A stretch of DNA of 64,000 nt from Pseudovirgaria hyperparasitica. Its lineage: Eukaryota. This document shows positions 13,960-25,242 of the stretch, in pieces. The notes beneath the pieces were generated by a model. It ran no database searches. It was not told the origin of the DNA and saw only the letters and a program-made list of their open reading frames with translations. A program made the position numbers and the translations under genes. The stretch lies in assembly GCA_010093815.1 (NCBI GenBank), contig ML996577.1, one strand, 5' to 3'. Numbering within the stretch: position 1 is the first letter of the stretch; each line of letters starts with the position of its first letter.

Positions 13960-14789
13960 GCAGGGAGACGCTACAATGAGTGCACTAGTCCGTATGACAG
14001 ACACGGGGCTTCTTATCACTTCACTGATGTGGCATCGTATGTTGGACTTCGTATAGTATGATGGTAGGAGCTGACGAGGTTGATAACTCTCAAAGATACG
14101 CGGTAGGCGTGCCATGTGTATATCCGCATGTATGCTGAGATAACATTCCCGACACCAAGAAAACCCACCCAATCTAAAGAAAGATATGAAGAAAATCTAG
14201 CAGAATGCTGCTCGTTCGTCGAGTATCCTAGATTATCATCAAGAGAGCCATGCTTTTACCTTCCCCCCCTACCTTCCTCTCGTTCCATGTCCATCCGCAC
14301 CAAACTACACAAGCACACAAATCACCCAACACGACATACTTCCCCACTATCACTGCGACGGTATAGATTCGATATAACTTTACTTGATTGGGATATCATT
14401 AAAATCGACCGTCTTGGCATGGAAATTTCCCTCCACTTCGCCCATTCCCATTTCCCTTTACATAGCCCCGTGTCCATATGGGCTTCCTTGTCCATGTACC
14501 AATCAATACATGCATGTATATATAGCCATGTACATATCCAGACCGCCCAGCTGTGTGTTGCGCCCGCGTACAAAGGAAAAGAAAGAGAGAGAAAGTCGAA
14601 GGAATGACTATGCGGGCGTGGGCCTGGCATGTACAAACAGACGGACAGACAGAGAGACAGACAGGTAGACAAAATAAGGCAAGGAAAAGAAAGGTGCCAT
14701 GACGATGACGGTGTGTGTGTGTGTGTGAGAGTGTGTGTATCCAGCCCCCCCTTTGGGCTTTTCCTTTCATTCATTCCCATGCAAGCTCT

Positions 14790-17602
14790 TCAAACAAACC
14801 GAATCGCGCCCTCCTCAACCCAGCTCGTCCCCTGCTCCCCTCTAAACACCTTATCCCTCTCCTTATCCTCCAGCTCGCGCTCCCGCCTATCATCATCAAT
14901 CCGCTTCGGGCTCCTGACAGGAACATCAGGCACAGGAGGCAACGTACGACCGTTATAGCGCGCAATCATGCGGCGCTCGTCGAGGAGCTTCTTCTCCATG
15001 CCACGGCGCTCGATACTGCGCTCGCGCTCGCGCTCGTATTCGCGGTCGGGGCTGCGGACCTCGAGGTAGTCCGAGGACGCCGTGGAGTGGATGCCGGTGT
15101 TGAGGTGGAGGTTGAGATGGGAGTTGTGGTTGGAGTACGGGTTCGGGTTGTTGCGGTCGCGCTTCGCGTTGCCTGTTGCGTCGAGCTCGACGGGCGGGAG
15201 CGGGAGGGAGAGGCCGCGGAGTTTGGACTCGAGGGCGCGGGTGGGCGGGATGAGGCCTTCCCAGCGCATGGGCGCGAGCCAGCAGTAGCTTTTTGTTTGG
15301 TCTGCTTCCCAGACGGTTTGGGGGAAGAGCGAGTCCCATGGTGGGCACTTCTTTAGGCTGGGGCAGAGGAGGTAGCTTACGGAGTCGGAGAAGCGGAGGC
15401 CCTCGGCGTCGACGGAGAGGGTGGAGAGGGTCTGGAGGACGCCGTAGATGAGGATCCAGCGGCCGATACGGGCGTCTTGTGGGGAGATGGCTTTGAGCTG
15501 GGCGGACTTTTCGTATTTCTCGAGGGCGTCGATGAGGTCGTTTGAGGCGAAGGAGGTGCCGAGGCGGTGGATGTTGGATGCGTCCGAGTAGATGACGGCG
15601 GCTTGGAGCTTCTCTTTCCAGTCTTTTGTGGACTGGGGTGCGGGCTTTTCTTTTCTGAATGCGCTGAAGATGTTCTTCTTCTTCTCGGGCTGGGATGCGG
15701 CGCTCGCTGCTGCGCCTTTTGGTAGGAGAGGGTATGGGTGCGGAATGTGTTTGTATGAGTGTTTGTTGTCAAAGGAGAGTAGCATGTCTGTCAGTGGCAG
15801 CTCAGCGGTCTCGATGGCGAGAAAGTCTGGCTCTGGTCGTGTGGTGACCATCTGCCATTTGCGTGACGATCGCTCTTCGCGCTCCTCCCAACAGACGTCA
15901 CGGTCGACGAGAAAGTCGTACGCAGATCCGAAATCCTGCTGCATCTGGATCACCAGGTCGCGCGTGAGCCAGTGGCCGTTCTTCTGGCGAGGGGGCGGCC
16001 ATGATCCGTAGGTGGAGCTATAGAAGTCGATGAGAAAGTCTCGGAATGCATTGAAACTGCGTTGATGAGTCGTCCCAGCCGGGTTCTTGGTCTTCGGCGG
16101 TGGGAATATCTCGTGCAACTCGAACGCGGCAAGACGCTCCTCGGCTTCGACGACGCGGAGTTTGAGCAGCGTAGAGGCGTTGTTCAGATTATACCGCGTA
16201 ACGGTAGAGAGACGCTTGAACTCGGCAGATTCACATATCCTTGGTGTGAGCATGCCCGCGCAGTGAACGAAGGCTTCCATGTAGCCTGCCTGCCACCGCA
16301 CACTGTCCTGCTCACTCCAGGCAAGCAGCCCGAGAGCCATTCGCCAATTGTTACGCACGTCATCCAAATGACGATCTGTGAGATAGTGTACAATGTACTG
16401 TACGCCCTTGTGCGACTGCGACCTGTCTAGCTCGTAAAATGTCTTGATGACGCTCTCCAGCTCGACAAGCATCTCAAAGAAGTCATGCCCGACCAAGGGT
16501 TTGTTGTACAGCAGGGCGATAAAGTTGCGCTGTGCGAGATGGTGGCGTCTTTTGGCTTGCGGGGTCTTCAAAAACGCCGGAGCTGGAAACCAAACCTCGT
16601 GCGTGACTTCGATTTCCTTTACGCTTCTCCCGGTAGACGATCCGCCATCACTCCCGATGGGGCTGTACGCCGGCTCGTTGAGTGACGGCAGTCCGTCGCG
16701 CAGGCCGCCCCTGACTGGTGATCGTGAGTAGCTCCGTGGAGTCCACATATTCGGATTACGCTGTGAAAAGTCATCCGACTGTAACGAATCTGTCCCTGCC
16801 GACAGAGTAGAGGAGATTGTCGTATGTCGCGATGCTACGGAACTGTAGCCAGCGCCTGGCGAGACTGGTGTTATCTGATCCTCATCCTTGTTGATCGCAC
16901 TGTACTTTAGTAAATTGTTCAGCAGCGTGGATCGCGCCTTTTTCAGCCTGCGGGTGTGAACACGTAATGACGGCCTAGGGTTGTCGCCCATGGACTCCTC
17001 AGTGAAGAAGATGTAGCAGTCGCCGTTCTCCATCCACATATCCATGTCCTAGAAAAGGTGAGCATGGGGGCTGGCAGGTTGTGATATGAGGAACAATCAT
17101 GATCACGTGGTGTACATACATTGTCAAGTCCCCGGTATGGCTGCGGCGTGATGCTGTTGCCATACCAGATTTGTGCGCCAGGCCATCTGCCATCTCCCCC
17201 GGTAGAGTCCCCTCGTCGTCGTGGAAGTTCTCTGGAGACGACTGATGGTGCTCTGTTGCTACTCGGCGGCGCCTTGTTGGGCACACCACCACCTCGACCT
17301 CGCGGAGCTGCCGTTTCCTTGCCCTTGGCGGCATACTTTTTGGTGCCGTCCGTCTTGTGACTACCATGTGATATCGCAGAGAAACCACTGGGACTGGAAG
17401 GTCTCGAACTCTGGATAGATACTCGAGAATTCTTTACGCCGCTGGTCGACGATTGCTTGACCGCAGCAGAATTCGTTCGTTTTGAGCCTTCGGAAGAGAG
17501 AGTCCAAGCGTCGAATGGTGATCTGATCTGGGTGTCCTTCTTCTCCTTCTTCACGAGTTCCTTGTCCAACACCTTGCGGCTCCTTGCACCCCGTGCGGCC
17601 AT
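14790..17602 (-). CDS. Conserved uncharacterised fungal protein (resembles the DUF8004-type family), 2 exons: 17602-17120, 17048-14790
   Basis: 751-aa ORF plus an upstream exon joined in phase 0 by intron 17049-17119 (GTATGT..TAG), giving YRGLDN|DMDMWMENGDC; motifs RNFIALLYNKPLVG, EAFVHCAGM, YGSWPP, ARIGRWILIYGVLQTL; family name from memory. Confidence 0.8.
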
Positions 17603-20449
17603 TTTCCAGAGTGTGCAATGCTAGGAGGACCCTGTCGAGATGTCTAAGTAGTCAATGACAGGACACTACTTAAGCAGCGAGAGAAAAAAAAAGTGGGTTG
17701 GGCGCCGGACGAGGGCTCTCCCAAAGGAGGGGGGACAATGATGTCGATATAATTTAGGGACAGGTATGGATGGCATGGACAACCAAAGTCCGACGGGGAG
17801 AAATGAAGGCGAGCAACAAGACTAGATATCTTAGTTGCAATAAATGAGGCATAGACTGCGGGACGTTCAGAGTCTTAGTCTGGCCGCGGGACCCTTAGAC
17901 CGGACTAGCGCTCTGCAGAGCGCACGGAAGCAGAGCTAAGGCAGAGGTATCAATAAACCAGACGAGATGGGCACTCGGCAGAGAGATGCTACGAGATTAC
18001 AGTTTGATAGGAGACCGATAGAACGGACCGGAGCTGTTGATGACGATGATGCGGGCAAAGGGCGTGGCAGTGGTTCATGTTCAGGTGGGGTTGACGTTGG
18101 ACCTGGGGCGTGGAGCAAGCTTATGTTGCGAGCTGTGAGGAGTGAGGGAGTCTTGAATGAGAGGCAACAGAAGAACAATGATCAAGAGTCCAGTCGACTC
18201 GACTCGACGTCTTGACTCTCAACAAGAAAGATGAAGCGACAGACAGGCCCAGGAGAGATCCGTGGAACGTGTGAGGCCTGTGATTAAGACGGCAGCTAAG
18301 CCTGACAAGTATCGCCGGACTGGCGGGTCGCTGTACTAGGTCCTGTGTAGTGTAGTGTGGTGTGGTGCCTGATATTAGTGGGCTCCAGCTCGCAATCCGT
18401 GAACAGTGGACGATCAGGAATGATGAAGGGGGGGAAAGAGTCGTCGAAGGAGAGGAGGCACAAAAGGGGGCCGAGAGTGACAGAACGGGACAGCTGGGGA
18501 AGAGAAGTAATTAATATCTAGCTATGTCTACTACCTGGGCCCTTCTGCTGCTGTGTGCGATAACTCCAGCCGTATCGTTCAGCCCTCTCTCCGAGGGCTG
18601 GAATGCGTCCGGCCATTCTTGGCATGGATGCAGTAAGTGGCACACAAACACCTGCAACATGCACATGCACCACCCAACAGGGAACAGGCATGGGACAGAC
18701 ACAAGTGACAAGTTGCAAGCACAGAGAGATATATTTACTACAGCTACGATACATCAATCCAGACTGTCCTTGTAAGCCACAGCTAGTAGCCATAGCATAT
18801 CCAAAACTCCTGCATCTGCATGCCGTTCTCGTCTATCTCGTCTATATTACCCATCTACCATACCCCTACCCACCACCAGTCTGAGACGCGAACCAGCAAG
18901 GATACTGCCCTATATCCCCTCCTATCCTAACCCTTCTCACCCCTCCTCCAATCCCGTCCTATCCCTCGTCTGAAAGCCCCCAAACAGCCGCAGTCGCAGT
19001 CGCAGTCGCAGTCACAGTGCCAGCAGGGCAGCAGGCAACAGGAGTAAGCAGCAGCAGCATCTTACACTTTCCGCCCGCCAGCCAGGCCCCGAGCCAGACC
19101 ACCACCGAACCCAGCCAGAAAACAAGGAACTCACGACTTGCAACCCCGTATCCAAACCAGCGCACCTCGGAGGAATAGTGCTGTCTGCATACATTCAGTC
19201 CCGAGCCAAAGCCACAGTCCGCTCCTCCGTTCCTCAAGGCAGACCTTGATGATCGCCAACTCGACAGTATATCGCGTTCTACATTGAGCACTGTATACCC
19301 TGGTAGAGGACTAGTAGTAAACAGTGACAGTCGTAGTAGTGATTAACACTGCAGATCAAAAAGTACCCCAATCCTTCTATCGCGCTGCACGCAGGACTTC
19401 TGCGGGTCCGGCAAACTGCCAGCCAGCCTGTCCGTGGGGATCTTGGGGGGAGGGGAGGGTGGTCTGGGGACAACAAGGTCAGGGCACGGGGCAAGGGGCA
19501 AGGGGAGAGAATAAAGGGGGCGTTTTTCTAAAGGATCCACGACGGCGCGCGCTCGGCTGGGCGACCCCGGTCCTCCCCGCTTGACTGGTGTACCTAAGAA
19601 TGCATTTATGTAGTTGATGCATTCATTTCGCTGTTTGCTGCAAACGCTCGCACGCGAACTAATGTATTAACTGAACCACCTGGCTTTGCGCCTGCAGTCG
19701 CCATGTTGATCTAGTGATGCACAGCGCTTATGGGATGGATCTAGGTTTCTGGTTAATTAGCTGCTCCCCCTTTGCCGAGTTATATGTCTGGTTGCTGGCC
19801 TCTAGGTACACATCTGTGTCTTCGTCAGGAGCATTCACCGCAATCGTAGGCCTACTACTGCTGCCCAAACTTGTGCATCAAGGTAGAGTGAATCATGTCT
19901 ATAAGCGGAGATGTGAAAAGCCCCACCATCGAGGATCTCATATCCAGAGATCTGACACGTTTCCCACAACTCATCATATGCAAAATCCGCATCTTTGGAA
20001 TCTTGGCATGTGACTCTGTCTGGAAAGGATATAACCACATGTGCTAATATACCCCATTCATTACGCCTCAGGCGCGCGCCGCCGCTCACTAACCGCTCCC
20101 CACCGCCCGGCAACTCTGTTTGTGAATCTGTGATCTTTCTCCTTTCCCCTTGTCGATCTTGCTGATCTCCCGCTTTTCTGCTCTCTGATCAGGATCAAGA
20201 TCATCGAAATTGATTCTTTTGCTCGGCGCCGGCACTAACTCCTTTATACATCCATCCTCTTCCCATCATCTCGGGAAGCCTATTATTCAGGAATCGGATG
20301 CTCATTATTGCTTCCAATAGCTTCTTTCCCTTCGCTGATCAACCACGCGTACGGCGTGCGGTGTGCCCGCCTGATTTCTCATCTCGCATCATTCTATGGT
20401 TCCCAATGCGCCATTACGACTTCTCTTTCCGTTAGTGCTCCACCTCCTT

Positions 20450-21571
20450 TCACGTCTTTCCAAGCTTTCGTTTCTTGTATGCCGACAGTACCTCTGGAGC
20501 GGGGCTGGCGTTCTCCTTGTCAACTTCCTTGATTTCGCCAATTCTGCCAATCTCGCTTTCTATCGGCAATCTAAGTGCGAGAAATCGCTCCTCGGCCCGC
20601 TCCATCCTATCAAATACATCTTCCATGTACTTTTGCACCTCCGAGGGCGCTCGTACTGCACGCATAAGACACTCTAGACTATTCGCATTGTGCGAGTACA
20701 AGTACCCCGTCACTGGCTGGTAGAAACGTGGACTACTGTCCTTTTCGGCTTCTGCAGGTGTCTTCACCATTGCTGTAGACGTCTGATCTGGCGTGTTCGA
20801 CGATGCCTGCCCTTCAGCTGGCTTCGCCTCTAACTTTGGCTCTGGCTTTGGCTCCTCAGGAGGCTTGATGACCAGGAATGAAAACCGCACCTGTTGTCCA
20901 CCAGGAAAATACTCTAGAATGCTGTTCTCAGGAAATATAAGACGATCACCAGGCCCCTCTATGAATTCAAAGTAGATCCTACGAAGAGGCGGTTTTGGAG
21001 GTGGAGGAGGCGGAGCATAAGGTGAGTGTAGTGGTGGTGCTTGATTGTATTGTGGATGGGTTGGCATTGGCGGTGCTTGACCGTATTGTGGATGGCTTTG
21101 TATTGGCGGCGCAGCGGCTGCAGTGGGATGTTGCGGCATAGCTTGTGATGAATTTTGACCGCTAACTGCAGGTGCCATCGGCGGCGCGCCTACTGGTGGT
21201 GTTGGTGTCGGATGAGCGCCAGCTGTGTTGCTACGAGCATCATTATTCATGATGGGAGCAGGAGAAGGTAGCGCAGACGCAGGAGCTGCAACAGATGGTC
21301 CTGGATTTGCTACCTGTGCTTGCACATTGGAAGTCGTTTGAGACCCCGTCGGCTGACCTTGCTGCTGTGCTATCGCTGGGCTTGGTGCAGTTTGTAGTTG
21401 AGATTGAGGCTGCGGTATCGATAGCGCTGGTGCAGCCTGTGGTTGGGATTGAGGCTGCGGTAAAGCTTGAGTAGGTGTCTGTTGTTGATTGTGAAAAGCT
21501 TGTGATTGCGTGTGAGGAGGTGCAGCTGATGCTGTCTGACCGGCAACAGGAGCCACAGGAGCCATAGGAGC

Positions 21572-21621
<50 letters not shown>

Positions 21622-22774
21622 TAGGAATAGGAACAGGAACAGGAGCCGCAGCAGCAGCGGCCTTCCTCGCCTCAATCATTGCCGTCAACTCGCTGATGTG
21701 ACCCTGGAAGTATTCGAGCTGGGCCGGAGTCGCTTTGCCAGCCGCAACAACCTTCATGACAGCCTTGAGCTTCATGTCCGTCCCTGCTCTTCGGGCCAGC
21801 TCGTGAATGACCGGGTCCGGCGCACCTGGAGCTGCTGGTGGTGGTGCACGATTACCCTGTGTCGAGGGTCCCGGAGCCTTTTGTTGGCTCATTTGCGAGT
21901 CCAACGGAGCTTTTGGTGGTTGCTTTGGCTGGTGGGTGTACTTTGGGGTAGAAGCTTGAGGAGCTTGGTGGTAAGTAGGAGGTCCCTGTCCGCTGTTGTA
22001 TACAGGCGGCGAGGCCTGATACGGCGCATAGTTCTTGGCAGCTGTGTTGTGGTACGTTTGGTGGATTGGTTTGTTCGGAGTGCCCCATTGTTGTTGTTGC
22101 TGGCGATGTGTATTGCTTACTGGTGGCTCCTTGGTCATATATAGAGCCACTCGAAAGACGTGTGGTTCGATCGTCATTTCGCATTCTCCAATTCGTACCA
22201 TGTTCTTGAGGAGTTGTTTGTCTTTTGCCATCTGCTCCTTGTCCTCAGCTGTCCTGTCCTTGACCTTCTTAGGTATCGTTTTCGTGAAATATTTGGTGAA
22301 GTGTGCTCCGCTGACCCATGAGTCTCTCGAGCGCTTTATCGAGGCAGCCAAAACTCCGCTATATAGCATTTAGTTTTCGAATTCGCCTAGACATATTTCA
22401 GGCGCTTACCTCTGAGCAATGGTCTGATAGTAGTCTCCATTTTCTTTGAAGGACTGTAGCTCTTTCAACGTAGGCAATGGCTCTCCATCCGTAATCTTCG
22501 CAGGTAGCAGCTCAACAGCCTCTTCAACAACGCCATCATCCTGAACGACCTCAGGTTCTACTACAATACTATTTCTTGGCCTTCCGATGCCTCTCTTTCC
22601 AGACTTCTTCGCAGACTTGCTCTTTCCTTCTACCGGAGTCCTTGTACCTGGTGTTGCTAATGAACGCTTTCGAGGATTGGGTGTATCGGTGGAGCTCGCA
22701 TCATTGATGGGCGTAGACAGCTCTGGCTTGCTTTTTCTAGCCGATCGGCGCGTTTGTCGGGGTGTCTCAGACAT
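20450..22774 (-). CDS. SWC3: SWR1-complex Swc3-like protein, Pro/Gln/Ala-rich, 2 exons: 22774-22410, 22358-20450
   Basis: Intron 22359-22409 gives YQTIAQS-GVLAASIKRSR; motifs PDPVIHELARRA..LKAVMKVVAAGKA, FEF..GDRLIFPENSILEY, YQPVT resemble Pezizomycotina Swc3-like proteins; (GCAGGA)n coding repeat near 21570-21620. Confidence 0.72.
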
Positions 22775-23404
22775 CTTGTGAACAGGCAGTCAAGACCTGA
22801 CTGATATCGCAGTACACGATGCGATGGCAGACGATGCGGCGGAGTTCGGGGGTGACGTTGCGGAGGTTTCGTGGCTTGCGCGGGAAGGATTATGGGCTCA
22901 TGGCCACGCGTGGAAAGGGTTCATGTATGCCCTGAACGAGTTGGAATTTAACCCCAAGCAATATACCCGTATTCTGCAGCCTGCTCTGGTGTCTGAATGA
23001 ATGGCGTTGCCTTGTGAATTGGCAGTGTACTTGCGTCGTACTCACCTCATTGCGCCGAAGTAACGCCGCGTTGGCAGATTGGTATATAAGACAATCGACG
23101 ACAGTCGACAACACTCATTCACATGAAAAAGTCGGGGCTCAGCAATCAACCCATTTGCATTCTGTACACATCTCTTGTAAGTAATCCTTCTCATCTCGCC
23201 CTGTTCCCTGCTCTTATCCAGCATGTCGAAAGAGAATTGCCGAGGCATGGTGTATATCTTGAAACTCACATCCATCTGTCTACAATGACTAAGCAAAACA
23301 TCATTCTGGCGGACTTCGTGCGATCTTGTCTATGCATAGTCCTTTTCTTCTATAATTCCTAACCCCGTCGAATAGAATCGTCATTGCGGACCTCCTGAAC
23401 AGCG

Positions 23405-24797
23405 ATGGTCTCACGACTAGTAGTCAAAGCCTACTGGACCTTTGCCGCACTGGGAGGCATATATGCTATTATATTAGGCCTCCTAACTCAACCCCTATTA
23501 CAAAGACAGTAAATCACCCCCGGAAACTCAATCTGAGCATGTACTAACATCTCTCAGTGCACTATACGCCCACAAGATCCACACAGGAACATGGTGGAAT
23601 AACATCTCAGAACCCGAAACGTTCGGCTTCGCAAGCAAGTGACCCCCTAACAACAAACTTATCAACAACCAACCACTAACCTCCAAACTAGAAAACCAAG
23701 TAACCCCATTCTACCTCCCCACCCCGGACGGCGAACGTCTCTACTGCTGGCACATCCTCCCCCTCAGCATCTACGCCCAACACCAAGACACCATCACCAC
23801 CCAACCCGCCGGCCCGGTCGCCGACTTCACCACCACCACCGCCCACGCCCTCCTCCGCGCCGACCCAACCTCCCGCATCGTCATCAACTTCCACGGCAAC
23901 GCCGGCCACCTCGCGCAGGGCCACCGCACCCAAACCTACGCCTCCATCACCGCCCTGCCCGCCGCCCACCTCCTCACCTGCGACTACCGCGGCTTCGGCC
24001 TCAGCTCCGGCTCCCCCTCCGAGCAAGGCCTCATCACCGACGCCCTCACCCTCACCTCCTTCGTCCTCCACACCCTCAACCACCCGCCCGCCCGCACCCT
24101 CATCCTCGGCCAATCCCTCGGCACCGCCGTCGCATCCGCTACATCCCTCTTCTACCTCGACCCCCACTCCCCACTCCTCCCCGCCTCCCTCTCAAACACC
24201 ACCACATCACCACCACCAACCCCCATATCATTCGCATCCACAATCCTCGTCGCCCCCTTCCCCTCCCTCCCCGCCCTCCTCCTCAAATACCGCATCGCAG
24301 GCCTCATCCCCGTCCTCGGGCCCCTAAAAGGCTACCCGAAACTCCTCGCCTACATGACCGCCCGCATCATCGACCCCTGGCCCACGCTCCCCCGCTGGCA
24401 AGCAGCCTTCGCCACCGCACGCGCCCTCAACGTCCCGCTAAACCTGCACATCTTGCACGCGCGCAACGACGCGGATATCCCGTTTGCACAGGGCGAGGCG
24501 CTGTTCGAGGGTGTATCTGCGGTGATGCGGGATGGGGTTGGTAGTGGAGAGCAGAGTGTGCTTCGGGAGATTCATGAGCGGCGGTCGGAGGTTGGGGATG
24601 CGGTGAGGCGGGGCGCGTGGGCGTATCGGAGGTGCGTGGATGGGGAAGGGGTGCGGGTGGGGGATGATGGGATGGCGAAGGTGACGGCGCGCAGACGGGT
24701 TGAGTTGGAGATTACGCGGTGGGGCGGACATAATCGGATTGTTGCGGGGGCGCAGGTTGCGCTTGCTGTGCGGCGGGCGTTTGAGGAGGCGGCGTGA
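23405..24797 (+). CDS. ABHD12/Bem46-like alpha/beta hydrolase with N-terminal membrane anchor, 3 exons: 23405-23508, 23558-23634, 23692-24797 (mostly missed by the ORF track)
   Basis: Manual translation: MVSRLVVKAYW..LLQRHALYAHKI..PETFGFAKNQVTPF..FHGNAGH..DYRGFGLSSGSPSEQGL..GQSLG (nucleophile)..HARNDADIP..GGHN; intron 1 23509-23557 GT-AG, intron 2 23635-23691 GC-AG. Confidence 0.88.
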
Positions 24798-24810
24798 GCT
24801 TGAATATGAA

Positions 24811-24884
24811 AGAGGGAGGGAGAGGGACAGAGAGAGAGAGAGAGGGAGAGAGAGAGAGAGGGAGAGAGAGAGAGAGAGAGAGAG
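24811..24884. repeat. (GA)n microsatellite between convergent genes
   Basis: Long AG run seen directly. Confidence 0.95.
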
Positions 24885-25242
24885 GCAGGTGGATAGAGGG
24901 TAGATTCCATAGAGGACTCAGTCACTCAGAGATAGAGGAGCAGTCGGAGTCAGGGGCGTTTTCCGCAGGATTTGTACATTATAATACAGTAGTAGTAGTG
25001 TAGTAGTGATGAGACCATCCGTCTATGTGAAGACCCGGGGCGGCATATCATGACGACCGCAATGAACCCCCCTTTTGGCCCCAAACCCCCTTTCCCTCTA
25101 AATGCAGTCTTGACAAACCTTCACATATCATACAGACATACAATACAGCAGAGCACATCTCTAGATACCCACCGGCTCAACCGCATGCGACGGCGTCACC
25201 AATCTCATCTCTTCTTTTCAAATATACATCCACACACACACC

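Noticed and set aside
11584..14780. ORFs of 100-228 aa in the MFS upstream intergenic region
   Set aside because: Translations are dominated by microsatellite-derived dipeptide repeats; no splice-consistent gene model found.
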